A stretch of 52,402 bases of DNA from positions 1-52,402 of the IMG/VR virus record IMGVR_UViG_3300029268_000024. One strand, written 5' to 3'. Positions 37,216 to 46,630 of the stretch are shown here, in pieces. This stretch comes from a virus. Taxonomy: Duplodnaviria > Caudoviricetes. The translations under genes and the position numbers were made by a program. The notes below the pieces were generated by a model. It was not told the DNA's origin, made no database searches, and worked only from the letters and a program-made list of their open reading frames with translations. The stretch's first letter is position 1. Every line of letters starts with the position of its first letter.

Positions 37216-38919
37216 TTAACTACAAACAGAATAGGAGCAGGAAGAGCAGGAAACACAACCGTCATGATAAATGAGTTCGCAACCGCATTGTGGACAAACT
37301 CTACCCGTTACCTTTTGTCCGTCCTTAATATATTTCTTCAAAACCCTAATAATAGCCGAAGGAAGAGAAAATACATCATCACTACCTTTTTGCAATTGTT
37401 CAACCACAAAGATAATAGGGATACCATGACGAAGCATCAAGGACAAGGATCTAAACAAAACTTTTTCTGTCGGAGTAAATTGCTGGGAGAAATCTTCTAT
37501 GTATATGTCGCCAATTTCCAGCGCATACTTTCCTCTTGAAATTTTAGTAATTTTCCCCAAGATATGTTTGTGTTCTATTTTGAGCCTAAGTCCATTCATT
37601 TTTCCGCCGAATATTTCATAGGGGGTTCCATTTTGCAGTCCAACAGCCACTATATATTTTTCCTTATTAACAACAATGGAATATATTTCGGCGTCCAAAG
37701 TTTCTTGCCTTTTGGGGGCTTGTGCGGTTTGAAGGACAATATCTTCTTCGGAAATATTCAGTTCCTTTAATTCATCTTTGGAAAAGTTTTGAGGATGGAT
37801 AGTTACACCCTCTCCTCTTAAACCTACTGCTAAATCTTTAAAGGGAACAAAAGAGATTATCCCATACATTTTTTTATCTGGGAAAACAGAAATGCTCTTG
37901 ATCTCTTTTTCGTGAGCCGCAACGATAAAATTATAAACATCTTTCCATGTGGAATCTTCAGGCAGCATGTAAGTAACGGAGATGGAAGAATCAATCCATG
38001 TCATAATTTTTGCCATTAATTCCAGTTTATCCATTGGGTCTATTTCTGTTGCGCTTTTAAAACTAAGACCAATTTTATCTTTGTTCTCTTCGATATATTT
38101 ACTGATAACTTTACCTTTAGTTCCGCACCAGTCGTCTTCTATCGTATCGCTCTTCATGGGAATTTCATATCCTTTCTCTTTAAACTTTTCTCTAACTATT
38201 CGTGGAACATTAAAATAATAGTTATATCTTCCCTTCATTCTCGTTCGTTTCCAATAGTATATACCGAAAGGCGGCTCTACCCCATAACTCATAACCAAAT
38301 CTCTAAACATTAAAGATAGTGTTCCGGTAGGAGCCAAAGTAATTACGGTAATATTTCTAAGCGTATCAAACTCCAGTCCCAATTTTTCCATACGCTTGAT
38401 AAAAGGAGATTGCCTGAGCTTTTCTTTGTTAAAAAGGGTAAAAGATCCTTTCTCTTTTCCAAGGGCGATTGAAGACTCATAAAGATGATAAGTAAATCGC
38501 TGAGTAAATTTTCCAATCAGATCTTGCGATTCTTTGCTTCCGTATGACACATTCGCTTTAAATAGCCATCCAGAAATATTGGTCATTCCAGCACCTGTTC
38601 TCCTGAGTTTTTCTATGGCAACTTTTTCATGCGGGGTAGCAAACGTTTCATATCGTATTTCGCACTCGTTTACATTATCTAAAAATCTATTAATAGAATG
38701 CGCAATAATTTTTAATTCTGAATCGAACTGATCGGGGTTAGTAGAAAACCTACCGCAATTCATTGAAGACAAAATACAAACGCTCTCACGGGAAAGATAC
38801 TGCTCAGAATTTTTAACAACTATTCCATCATTAACTATAAAATTATGATTATCGGAAACCTCAATATCGTATAATGGTTTAGTTTCTGAGTTTATCTTTA
38901 TTTTTATAAGCTTACCCAT
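37216..38919 (-). CDS. nrdJ: Class II (B12-dependent) ribonucleotide reductase, C-terminal half, preceded by a 37-aa C-intein
   Basis: SEQ..CILSSMN, RRTGAG, TLAPTGTLS, GVEP, IDSSISVT and a Cys-rich C-terminus. The N-terminus LYDIEVSDNHNFIVNDGIVVKN|S matches intein blocks F/G. Confidence 0.88.
   Translation of the reverse strand: MGKLIKIKINSETKPLYDIEVSDNHNFIVNDGIVVKNSEQYLSRESVCILSSMNCGRFSTNPDQFDSELKIIAHSINRFLDNVNECEIRYETFATPHEKVAIEKLRRTGAGMTNISGWLFKANVSYGSKESQDLIGKFTQRFTYHLYESSIALGKEKGSFTLFNKEKLRQSPFIKRMEKLGLEFDTLRNITVITLAPTGTLSLMFRDLVMSYGVEPPFGIYYWKRTRMKGRYNYYFNVPRIVREKFKEKGYEIPMKSDTIEDDWCGTKGKVISKYIEENKDKIGLSFKSATEIDPMDKLELMAKIMTWIDSSISVTYMLPEDSTWKDVYNFIVAAHEKEIKSISVFPDKKMYGIISFVPFKDLAVGLRGEGVTIHPQNFSKDELKELNISEEDIVLQTAQAPKRQETLDAEIYSIVVNKEKYIVAVGLQNGTPYEIFGGKMNGLRLKIEHKHILGKITKISRGKYALEIGDIYIEDFSQQFTPTEKVLFRSLSLMLRHGIPIIFVVEQLQKGSDDVFSLPSAIIRVLKKYIKDGQKVTGRVCPQCGCELIYHDGCVSCSSCSYSVCS
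38809..38919 (-). mobile_element. Split intein C-fragment (IntC, 37 aa)
   Basis: MGKLIKIK...YDIEV..NHNF...VVKN then Ser+1; basic N-terminus typical of IntC. Confidence 0.9.
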
Positions 38920-39907
38920 TTTTAATTTCTCCTATCAAGTTATTAATCGAACCAAAATATTTGCCTATAACATCTACGGACATGGAAAAATTTTTTGGGA
39001 TAATTCCATCTATTTTTGCTTTTTGAATTTTGGTTTGTAAATTACTTTCGTCTATATTAGAGCCCCAAATTTTTTTTGCATAATTTAACATTTTTGTTTT
39101 ATAAGATTTTTTACCATCGCCCCTATATTTCATTATTCCAATTTCCCAATTGTATTTTTGAGAGCATCCGCCAGTACACGTCTTTTTTTTGCCAAGCTTT
39201 CTGTCAACGAAAACGCCCCCGCAACAAACACATTTTTTATTAATGAATGGATTAATATCGTTTATTCTTTGATCTCTTATTGTTTTTTCCGCTCGTCTTA
39301 ATTTTCTATATTTTTCTTTGGTTTCTAACGCAGCATCGGAACTCCAAAAACTTTTTATCGAACTAGAATGTTTTCGTTTAACGTCGGGATCTTGCATGTA
39401 TTCTTTTGTTCTTTTTCCTATAAGCCTTTTTGTTTTTTTACTATGTTTCATTCCCCACATAGGATTATTTTCCCCAGAAACAGATAGCCGATCATACGTT
39501 TTTTCAAAGTTTTCTATCCATTCTTTTATTTTGTTTTCTAAAACTAAATCCTTGGAAATTTTTCTAAATTCCCACACAACTTCGTATTTTATCTTAATGC
39601 CTTTAAAGAATTCGCTAAAAAAATTTATGTAATTCATAGCCTTCTTTTTTGTGTCTTTTACCTCTATTATTTTGGTAAGATTTTTATAAGTATCATCATA
39701 AATAAAAAAATCAGGCTTATACATTCTTCCAGATATATCAAAGGTTGATTTCTCTGTCAAAAAATGAACCCCATTTGAATCTAAGTAATTTGCATAAATA
39801 AACTCTTTTGTTGATCTAAGAAACATCCTTTTCCCATCTTTATTAATATACCATCCACAATATCCCTGTCCATTTTTATATCCACATCTTTTAACTTTAC
39901 CGCCCAT
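38912..39907 (-). CDS. Free-standing putative homing endonuclease (PD-(D/E)xK-like domain plus NUMOD3-like DNA-binding motif)
   Basis: RSTKE..YANYLD, YKPDF, IIEVK; GENNPMWGMKHSKKTK; CVCC...CTGGC. Sits between the two nrdJ halves. Confidence 0.75.
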   Translation of the reverse strand: MGGKVKRCGYKNGQGYCGWYINKDGKRMFLRSTKEFIYANYLDSNGVHFLTEKSTFDISGRMYKPDFFIYDDTYKNLTKIIEVKDTKKKAMNYINFFSEFFKGIKIKYEVVWEFRKISKDLVLENKIKEWIENFEKTYDRLSVSGENNPMWGMKHSKKTKRLIGKRTKEYMQDPDVKRKHSSSIKSFWSSDAALETKEKYRKLRRAEKTIRDQRINDINPFINKKCVCCGGVFVDRKLGKKKTCTGGCSQKYNWEIGIMKYRGDGKKSYKTKMLNYAKKIWGSNIDESNLQTKIQKAKIDGIIPKNFSMSVDVIGKYFGSINNLIGEIKNG

Positions 39908-39970
39908 AATGATTTCCCCCCCAAATATAGTCCGCCAATAAGATAGTTCTATGTTTTTGCGAATAATCCT

Positions 39971-40285
39971 TTATGTAAAAATCATTATGTCATCGTCTTC
40001 GGTTAAGCTTGATGCAGCAACGTATCCTCTATTTCTTGTTGCGATAGGATGATCGGCAGAACATTCTATTTTATACATTTTATCGTTTTCTTCTATTTCA
40101 AGTTCTACGGTCTTATCGTTTCTTTGTTGCCATACGTTAACAATCGGCTTCATTTCGTAATTGTCTTCCTTAACATTGTAAGATAGGGCCATTAAATCGG
40201 TAAAACCAGAAGTGTATAGTGTATACATTTCTTTAATAGTTTTCCAACCCTTATTAGTTAATATTTTTGATTCGCCAACAATACA
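39971..40285 (-). mobile_element. Split intein N-fragment (IntN, 104 aa)
   Basis: NAC|CIVGESKILT (block A), IECSADHPIAT (block B), acidic end LTEDDDIMIFT*. Confidence 0.9.
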
Positions 40286-41350
40286 GCAAGCATTAGTCCC
40301 AATAATTCTACTATCATACTCATCTTTAGAATCATAAACATAATCAGAATTTGAATACTTTCTTGCGATATCAATATTTTGTATACCGGGCTCAGCATTT
40401 GCAAACATATTTTTAGCAATGAGTTCCATTAGCTGTTTGGCCCGAACGGTTTTTTTAATAAGCTCTTTCTTGTGGTCTTTATGGGCTAAATAATACCATC
40501 CTTTTTCATCTTTTTTACATTCCATCGTTGTAGAATGGACATCCACATAAACCTTCTGTCCTGTTTTTGTTTCTGGAATTTCAAAACAAAGATCCCAGTC
40601 CTTATCGTCTTTAACCGCCTTATAAAAATCATCCGTGCATTGAACCGATATGTTTGCGTTTTGTATTTTTGTTCTATCTGACTTAACTTTTATGAACTCT
40701 TCAACATCTGGATGCTTACAGGATAGGGAAAATAACAAGGCTGGAATTCTGCCTTTTTGCCCAACAAAATAGCCAATCTGATCTATAAATTGCATCCAAT
40801 GAATAGAGCCTGTAGATTCTCTAGCGGAGTTTTGAACCACAGCACCATTGGGACGCAAGCGAGAAAAATCAACCCCTACACCCTGTCTATAAGCGGCTGA
40901 TTTTGCAACGGTATAAGCGGTATTTTTAATAATGGCTTCCAGCGAATCCCATTCTTCGCCTTCGAGACCAACACCTAAAGAGACCGTATTACAATTCGCC
41001 AAACTTATTTTTCTACCGCTTCCAGCACCTTGCATGATGCTCCCCGCAGGATGCCACCAATCATTGAAAATTTCATGGAACCATCTATCTGACCAGTACT
41101 CTCTTAGCTTATCCGTTTTTTCCACAGAAGCGACATAATCACAAACTCTTTTTATCGCTTGAACGTAAGTTTCGTCTGGCTTATTGATCAAAGAATATTT
41201 AGATTTAAACGCATCTATACTAAATTGATTGCCGCCAAAATAATCCTCGGTAGTTAAGTTTTTAACATCTTCAAACTTAGTGGGAGTTCCGCCGCCAGCA
41301 ACCTCTTCTTGATTTTCTAATTGTTTTGTTATATGAGTTGTAGTTGACAC
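39971..41350 (-). CDS. nrdJ: Class II ribonucleotide reductase, N-terminal half, fused to an N-intein
   Basis: PAGSI, SLANC, GVGVDFSRLRP, HPDVEEFI..K, NANISV, AEPG, TNAC. Confidence 0.88.
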   Translation of the reverse strand: MSTTTHITKQLENQEEVAGGGTPTKFEDVKNLTTEDYFGGNQFSIDAFKSKYSLINKPDETYVQAIKRVCDYVASVEKTDKLREYWSDRWFHEIFNDWWHPAGSIMQGAGSGRKISLANCNTVSLGVGLEGEEWDSLEAIIKNTAYTVAKSAAYRQGVGVDFSRLRPNGAVVQNSARESTGSIHWMQFIDQIGYFVGQKGRIPALLFSLSCKHPDVEEFIKVKSDRTKIQNANISVQCTDDFYKAVKDDKDWDLCFEIPETKTGQKVYVDVHSTTMECKKDEKGWYYLAHKDHKKELIKKTVRAKQLMELIAKNMFANAEPGIQNIDIARKYSNSDYVYDSKDEYDSRIIGTNACCIVGESKILTNKGWKTIKEMYTLYTSGFTDLMALSYNVKEDNYEMKPIVNVWQQRNDKTVELEIEENDKMYKIECSADHPIATRNRGYVAASSLTEDDDIMIFT

Positions 41351-41382
41351 GTTAATACCTCTTGTTAATCTTGTTAATTTTT

Positions 41383-42549
41383 TTAGCTGTTATGTTTTTC
41401 AACCATTATATCAATTACGAATTTGTCCGCAACATCCTTCAAAAATTTTTTCAGACGCATTTTGAATTGCGCTAAGTCATTGATATCAGCATAACATAGG
41501 TCGATAATTTTTTTACCCTCAATAACCAGATCGTCGCTTAAATGATCTTTTTCCTCTCTATCTATTTTTAAAATGGCATCTTCCACTTCATCAATCGCAT
41601 AAAATCTCCAAGGCTCTCTGGTCATCATGGGATCGGTTTTCATTTTTCTAAGGTCATAAATGCTTGACCTTTTTCCAAAATCTTTAAGCATTCGATAGCT
41701 ATGTGTTGTCGAAAAAATCTGACTATTTGGAAAACATTTTCTCATGGATTCTATTAAAGAAATGTGTCGCTTCAATTCTACATGCATTTCAATGTTGTCC
41801 ACTGCAATGACTTGCGGCTCAAACTCAATATTCAAAAGCGTAGAAAAAGACTTGATGATTTTCTTTTCGCCATCACTACATTCCTTATGATGAATGATTT
41901 CCCTAGGCTTATGAACCCAGAAACCCAAAACATATTTCTCCATCATTTTTGCTTGAGCAGGATCTTCGCTGGCTTGAAAAATATCAGTTATTTCTTCCAC
42001 TTCATACCCTGTAACTGCCCCAAATAAATCCTTGAATATAGGCCATTTTTCCCTGATTAATTGAAATTGGTTAAGCTCTTGATCAAATCGTGTTAAATAA
42101 CAAAGACGATATACAATAAGCTTTATTTTCTCCGGATGATCTTTGACGAAACCATTCTTATTGATCTGAATACTATAATCGCCTATCGAAGAATGAATGT
42201 CTGCTTCAATCAAAAAATCATCTTCGCCATATACTCCTGATAGGGTTTTGCCGGTATGTCGAACTGCTTTCCCCAACATTGTTTTTAAACGCTCGGCATC
42301 ATATCCCTCAAAGCGAGTAAAAATAGTTTGAATACAATTAAGGGCTGTGGATTTACCGGCACCGTTAGGCCCCATAAAGCAAATGAAATTTTTTGGGATA
42401 TGGTTGTCCGTAAAATCAAAAGTATAATCTTCAAACGCCTTGAGATTCTTAATTCGAAGATTTTTTATTTTGATTACCGGAACTTCTTCAAGAGTAAAAT
42501 CAGGAAGATCTACCCCTGAATATATTTGCGAGTCTGCCATAAGTTCCAC
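41383..42549 (-). CDS. ABC/SMC-like (AAA_21/OLD-type) ATPase
   Basis: IKNLKAF, Walker A GPNGAGKS, signature CSDGEK, Walker B VDNIEMH, H-loop TTHS. Confidence 0.82.
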   Translation of the reverse strand: MELMADSQIYSGVDLPDFTLEEVPVIKIKNLRIKNLKAFEDYTFDFTDNHIPKNFICFMGPNGAGKSTALNCIQTIFTRFEGYDAERLKTMLGKAVRHTGKTLSGVYGEDDFLIEADIHSSIGDYSIQINKNGFVKDHPEKIKLIVYRLCYLTRFDQELNQFQLIREKWPIFKDLFGAVTGYEVEEITDIFQASEDPAQAKMMEKYVLGFWVHKPREIIHHKECSDGEKKIIKSFSTLLNIEFEPQVIAVDNIEMHVELKRHISLIESMRKCFPNSQIFSTTHSYRMLKDFGKRSSIYDLRKMKTDPMMTREPWRFYAIDEVEDAILKIDREEKDHLSDDLVIEGKKIIDLCYADINDLAQFKMRLKKFLKDVADKFVIDIMVEKHNS

Positions 42550-42703
42550 CCACTACTTGTTTGACTTTTCCCAAATCAAACGTTTTCATTCTATTTTCGT
42601 ATTCTGGTTTCGGAGGTTTACTTTCTTTATTTTCCACGTTGATTTTTGCGCCGGGTGGAATATAGACTAATACCTTCTCTTCTTTCTCTATTTCTTCTGT
42701 CAT
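42500..42703 (-). CDS. Small hypothetical protein
   Basis: ATGA coupling with the upstream gene; overlaps the ATPase 5' end by 50 nt. Confidence 0.5.
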   Translation of the reverse strand: MTEEIEKEEKVLVYIPPGAKINVENKESKPPKPEYENRMKTFDLGKVKQVVGGTYGRLANIFRGRSS

Positions 42704-43134
42704 ATGTATTTGAAATTCTCTGTCAAAATATTTCGCAACAAACTGATATGAAATGTAAAGATGAATTTCCCTTGCTTACTTTCCATCCCAATATGACCAT
42801 GCTCTTCTTCAGAAATCGCAGTCATGTAATCGTTAACATCCAACTCTTTCAACTTATCGGCAAAAACGGATATGTTCTCCCGCAAGATAAGTTCTCCCAA
42901 GGCGTCAATGATGAAATAAGAAAAAATTTCATTGATATACATAGAGTAATCCGTATCCGTAAGTCCCATATCCTTAGCCCTAACAGAAAAAGTTATGAAT
43001 CCATTATCATCCCATTCTCCTATCTCTCGAATAGAAGGAGCCGCACGAACCAGCAAGGATAAAAGCTTCCTGTATTTGGAAGTCTTACTAACAGAAATTT
43101 TTTCCTGTACATCTTTCAATGAAGTTTCTCCCAT
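42700..43134 (-). CDS. Hypothetical protein
   Basis: 144 aa with AGGAGG RBS. Confidence 0.75.
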   Translation of the reverse strand: MGETSLKDVQEKISVSKTSKYRKLLSLLVRAAPSIREIGEWDDNGFITFSVRAKDMGLTDTDYSMYINEIFSYFIIDALGELILRENISVFADKLKELDVNDYMTAISEEEHGHIGMESKQGKFIFTFHISLLRNILTENFKYI

Positions 43135-43209
43135 AATCCCTCCTAGCTATTGTTTTTTGACATTATACAGCAGGAGTTTGAATTCTTATATCGTTTTTAT
43201 TATCCACAA

Positions 43210-43242
43210 AGGTATCTTTCAACGTTTTACGAAATAAATCCT
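43210..43242. promoter_or_regulatory. Overlapping bidirectional AGG-N17/18-GAAA promoter-like pair at a strand switch
   Basis: Plus strand AGGT(43210)-N17-GAAA; minus strand AGGA(43242)-N18-GAAA. Confidence 0.55.
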
Positions 43243-43952
43243 TGAAAAACATGCACAATTGGTATAAATTAGCTAAACTAGAGCAACACCTAAGAGCCGA
43301 AGCAGGTTTTAAACAGGATTTAACCAAAATCCTGTCCACTTCTGTTCTCAGTGCTTTAATGCTCATCTTTGAAGTAGGAGCCATCAATAGAAAAACCATT
43401 GACGAAGTGGCCAAAAAATCTAATCTTAACGATCAAGAAAAGAGACAACTAGAGCAAATTGTCCAAAATCCAGCCCTTATGAATAAAACCCAAGAATTTC
43501 TATACCCTCAACAAAATCAAGAAAATCCAACATCCCCTCAACAATCTACGCAGGTCTCTACAGCTTCTATAATTAACGTAGGAAAAGAATTAATTGATAG
43601 AGGGTTCAAGGTAGGCTATCATCCTAATTTTTCTTATACAGAAGGTTTTGACGAGGAAGGTAAACAACGTGTAGGTGGACATTCCAAAAACAGTTACCAT
43701 TACCGAAATCAAGCTTTTGACATTAGCGGAGCAAGTTCTGAGTCCATGAAAACTTTATTTGACGAATTATATTCCAAAAGAAGCGAATTAGGATTGACAG
43801 AACTTATTTATGACCATCGAGGACATTGGTTTTCTAAAACAGATAAACTTAGTTATAAACCTTTTGGTGGACATGGAAATCATATCCATGTAGCTTTTAA
43901 TACTCCGGGGATTATTAAAGAGTATCAAGAAAACGAAGTTGCTAGATTGTAA
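43242..43952 (+). CDS. M15/LAS-type zinc peptidase (cell-wall hydrolase-like); likely start at ATG 43251
   Basis: SYHYRNQAFD (Hx6D) and HIHV (HxH); leader MHNWYKLA. Confidence 0.72.
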   Translation: MKNMHNWYKLAKLEQHLRAEAGFKQDLTKILSTSVLSALMLIFEVGAINRKTIDEVAKKSNLNDQEKRQLEQIVQNPALMNKTQEFLYPQQNQENPTSPQQSTQVSTASIINVGKELIDRGFKVGYHPNFSYTEGFDEEGKQRVGGHSKNSYHYRNQAFDISGASSESMKTLFDELYSKRSELGLTELIYDHRGHWFSKTDKLSYKPFGGHGNHIHVAFNTPGIIKEYQENEVARL

Positions 43953-44312
43953 TAAAAATCTAAAAATTTTCCCTATTGAATAAATTATGATATTATTAGT
44001 GGTCCAGTTGAGTATTATGATAGGACCTACCGAACACCTTCCGTTAACAACTGGTTTGCAGCAGGTTATAGACATTTTCCACTAAAATTATTCAGTAATA
44101 ATTACTCAGAGACAAAGCGTTTTTGGCTGTTTTTGGCAAAAGTTTGAGTAAAAATTACTGCCCTAAAAACGGTAAAAATCGGGTCTAAAAAAATATTTTT
44201 CTTTTTTGAAGGAAACTTTCTAAAACATTTGTATAATATCGGCGTAACTATAAAATGTAGTTGCCCCTGCCTCATAGGGTTTATGAGAGAGCGAGTAAGT
44301 AAAGGAGAAAGT

Positions 44313-45287
44313 ATGTCAAACAAAACTCAGTCCAGTACCGTCATTCCAACTAGTTCAAATCAATCCGAACCTGATACTTGGGAAAACCGCATTAAGCAAG
44401 CAGCAGTTTTTCTAGGATCAACATCAGATGAGGTTGAAACTATCCTCAAAGAATATGGGGTAGAAAAACTTCCTGCCGGAACACAAATGCTCAGCGACGA
44501 AAAGATAACTCCATTCGGGGATCTTCGTGCAGCATTTTGTGAAAAGCATGGAGTCCCTGTTCCTAAACTTCGTATGGCTATGACCTACCTTAGAGGACCA
44601 ACCAGTAGCGGCAAAACCGATACCATTGATCCTGTAATGTATGATCTACAACAGAAGTACGGCATTAAAACCCGATTAGAAGATTTGGGAATTGCCGAAC
44701 TTCTTCCTTATTATAATCCTAAAAAGCAAAACAGAATCTTCAAAGTCCTTCAGGATATGTTTGGAGATAAAGCCGTTATTGCTTTTAAGCCCGATAGTAA
44801 GGAAATAGCTATAGAGGAAACATCCAACTATATCACTGACGTTCAAGATGGTCTTCCCGAAGAAGATGCTATTGATGTTGATGGAGAGTTGGTTAAGTTA
44901 TTCCCTATTGGTAGAATGCCCGACGAAGTAGTTGATGAAGATCCTCTATTTCCGGGACAACCACTCAAAAGAGATCGTTCTATTATTAACAGGATTAATT
45001 GGAGCGGTATCAGTAAAGATGTCAGACAATTCGTTAGACTCCTTGTTGATAGTAAAGAAATTGATCCGAATGATCGTTTGGCCGTTCGTCAACTCATTAA
45101 GATAGACGTTGCGGAAGGGAAATGCCACGTTATACATGGTATAGAAATATTCAAGGATATATTCCCCGAAATCTACATGAAGTATAAAGAACTAAAGAAG
45201 AAGGACGAGTTGCCCAAATTGCAGCTTAGTCTTGACGATGTAAACGGTAAGTTACAAAACCCGTTCAGTGTCAATCGCAGCTACTAA
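44313..45287 (+). CDS. Hypothetical protein (start revised to ATG 44313)
   Basis: AAGGAG RBS at 44302; TATAAT at 44232 upstream. Confidence 0.75.
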   Translation: MSNKTQSSTVIPTSSNQSEPDTWENRIKQAAVFLGSTSDEVETILKEYGVEKLPAGTQMLSDEKITPFGDLRAAFCEKHGVPVPKLRMAMTYLRGPTSSGKTDTIDPVMYDLQQKYGIKTRLEDLGIAELLPYYNPKKQNRIFKVLQDMFGDKAVIAFKPDSKEIAIEETSNYITDVQDGLPEEDAIDVDGELVKLFPIGRMPDEVVDEDPLFPGQPLKRDRSIINRINWSGISKDVRQFVRLLVDSKEIDPNDRLAVRQLIKIDVAEGKCHVIHGIEIFKDIFPEIYMKYKELKKKDELPKLQLSLDDVNGKLQNPFSVNRSY

Positions 45288-45294
45288 CAATAAC

Positions 45295-45325
45295 GTGCGC
45301 CTTAGATTTAATGTCTAAGGCGCAC
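45295..45325. other. Intergenic hairpin without a U tract
   Basis: GTGCGCCTTAGA-TTTAATG-TCTAAGGCGCAC; possibly an RNA processing/stability or attenuation element. Confidence 0.6.
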
Positions 45326-45345
45326 TAACCTAAAGGAAATATATC

Positions 45346-46620
45346 ATGCCTAAAACACTCAAATTCGATACGCCATGGGATTCTGATTATTGGATGGAAT
45401 CAAATGGATTTTATTGCGGCTTTAATATGCCCAAAGCACTAGCTAGTTCAAAAGATAATAAAGGGGAAGAACTTCAACATAATTTGCCAGAATATAATTG
45501 GAGAAAATCTTATTTGGTTGATGAATACCCTGCTTGCCCTACAACATGGATGAAGAGCGAAGGAAAATTAGCCAGCTATTTTGTCCCCATTAAGGAAGGA
45601 TCGGGTATGTGGTTGGATTTTAACAAGAACCAAAATCATACTCATCATTTGGCCGTTGTAGTTTCTATTCAAGGAGTCAACGCTATTACGGGATTAGCTT
45701 GCGAAAATCCTAATCTAGAACAATATATTGAATATTGTCCTAAACATAATAAAAAGTTTGGCCCCAATAGATTCTGCGAAGAGTGCGGATTCAAATGGCC
45801 CAAGCAAAACTATCTATGTACTACTTCAACTCCGACAGGTTATCTTTGGCTAGATGGATTTCGAGCAGCTAATGGGGCTGTTTGTCAATACATCCTGACT
45901 GAAAAAACTATGAAAGGAGTTGCTTCAAACATTATTGGAAACAAAAGAGTCTATGCTATCGGTATTAGTTTCTTTTTGTCAAAGAATGTTAAACAAATTC
46001 CGGTGAGAGTAAATGATTATCTTGACGCAAATTCGTTTAATGCCCCCGATTTGGTTATGGGAGATTGGAACCGTTGTGCTTACACTGTAGAACCTGTAGG
46101 CGATCAACTATTAGGCGCATCAATAGATATGGACATAGTAATTAATGATAATACCAACAATGCTCCTTCTGCTTCTTTTATTAGCAGTTCAAGTAGTTCT
46201 AGCAGTTCGTCCCCATCCAAGTCTACTCCTATGGATTTTTCCAATAGAGTTAGTGGTAGTTCTTTGGGGGAAGACAGCATTGAAGTAACGCAAAATCAAA
46301 TTAAATCATATGCCAAAGACCCAAGAGCAACATGCAAAAATATATCTAGACGAGGTGCAATTCCCAATGTGACTCCCGTTAGAACCAAAAATATTGAAAT
46401 TGGTGCTGGAGCGAGTATAAGACAAGTTGTTTATGATGATCCTGAACCTCTTGACTTTTGGAGAGAACAACCCGAAGCCATCCTGACGATTAACTATTGT
46501 CTCGAAGAAGAAGCGGGGAAAATTATAGCAAAGGGTAAAATAAGTAAGGCGGGAGATCCAAAAGGTTTTCTCAAAGATGTCCCAACAGGTAATATAGTAA
46601 AAGAAACAGTAACAGCATAA
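45346..46620 (+). CDS. Hypothetical protein with Cys motifs and Ser-rich linker
   Basis: 424 aa, AAGGA RBS, CPKH...CEEC. Confidence 0.75.
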   Translation: MPKTLKFDTPWDSDYWMESNGFYCGFNMPKALASSKDNKGEELQHNLPEYNWRKSYLVDEYPACPTTWMKSEGKLASYFVPIKEGSGMWLDFNKNQNHTHHLAVVVSIQGVNAITGLACENPNLEQYIEYCPKHNKKFGPNRFCEECGFKWPKQNYLCTTSTPTGYLWLDGFRAANGAVCQYILTEKTMKGVASNIIGNKRVYAIGISFFLSKNVKQIPVRVNDYLDANSFNAPDLVMGDWNRCAYTVEPVGDQLLGASIDMDIVINDNTNNAPSASFISSSSSSSSSSPSKSTPMDFSNRVSGSSLGEDSIEVTQNQIKSYAKDPRATCKNISRRGAIPNVTPVRTKNIEIGAGASIRQVVYDDPEPLDFWREQPEAILTINYCLEEEAGKIIAKGKISKAGDPKGFLKDVPTGNIVKETVTA

Positions 46621-46630
46621 GGAGAAAAAA

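Noticed and set aside
43953-44312. Short ORFs or an RNA gene in the AT-rich intergenic stretch
   Set aside because: No convincing RBS, tRNA cloverleaf or stable structure seen; likely a promoter region.
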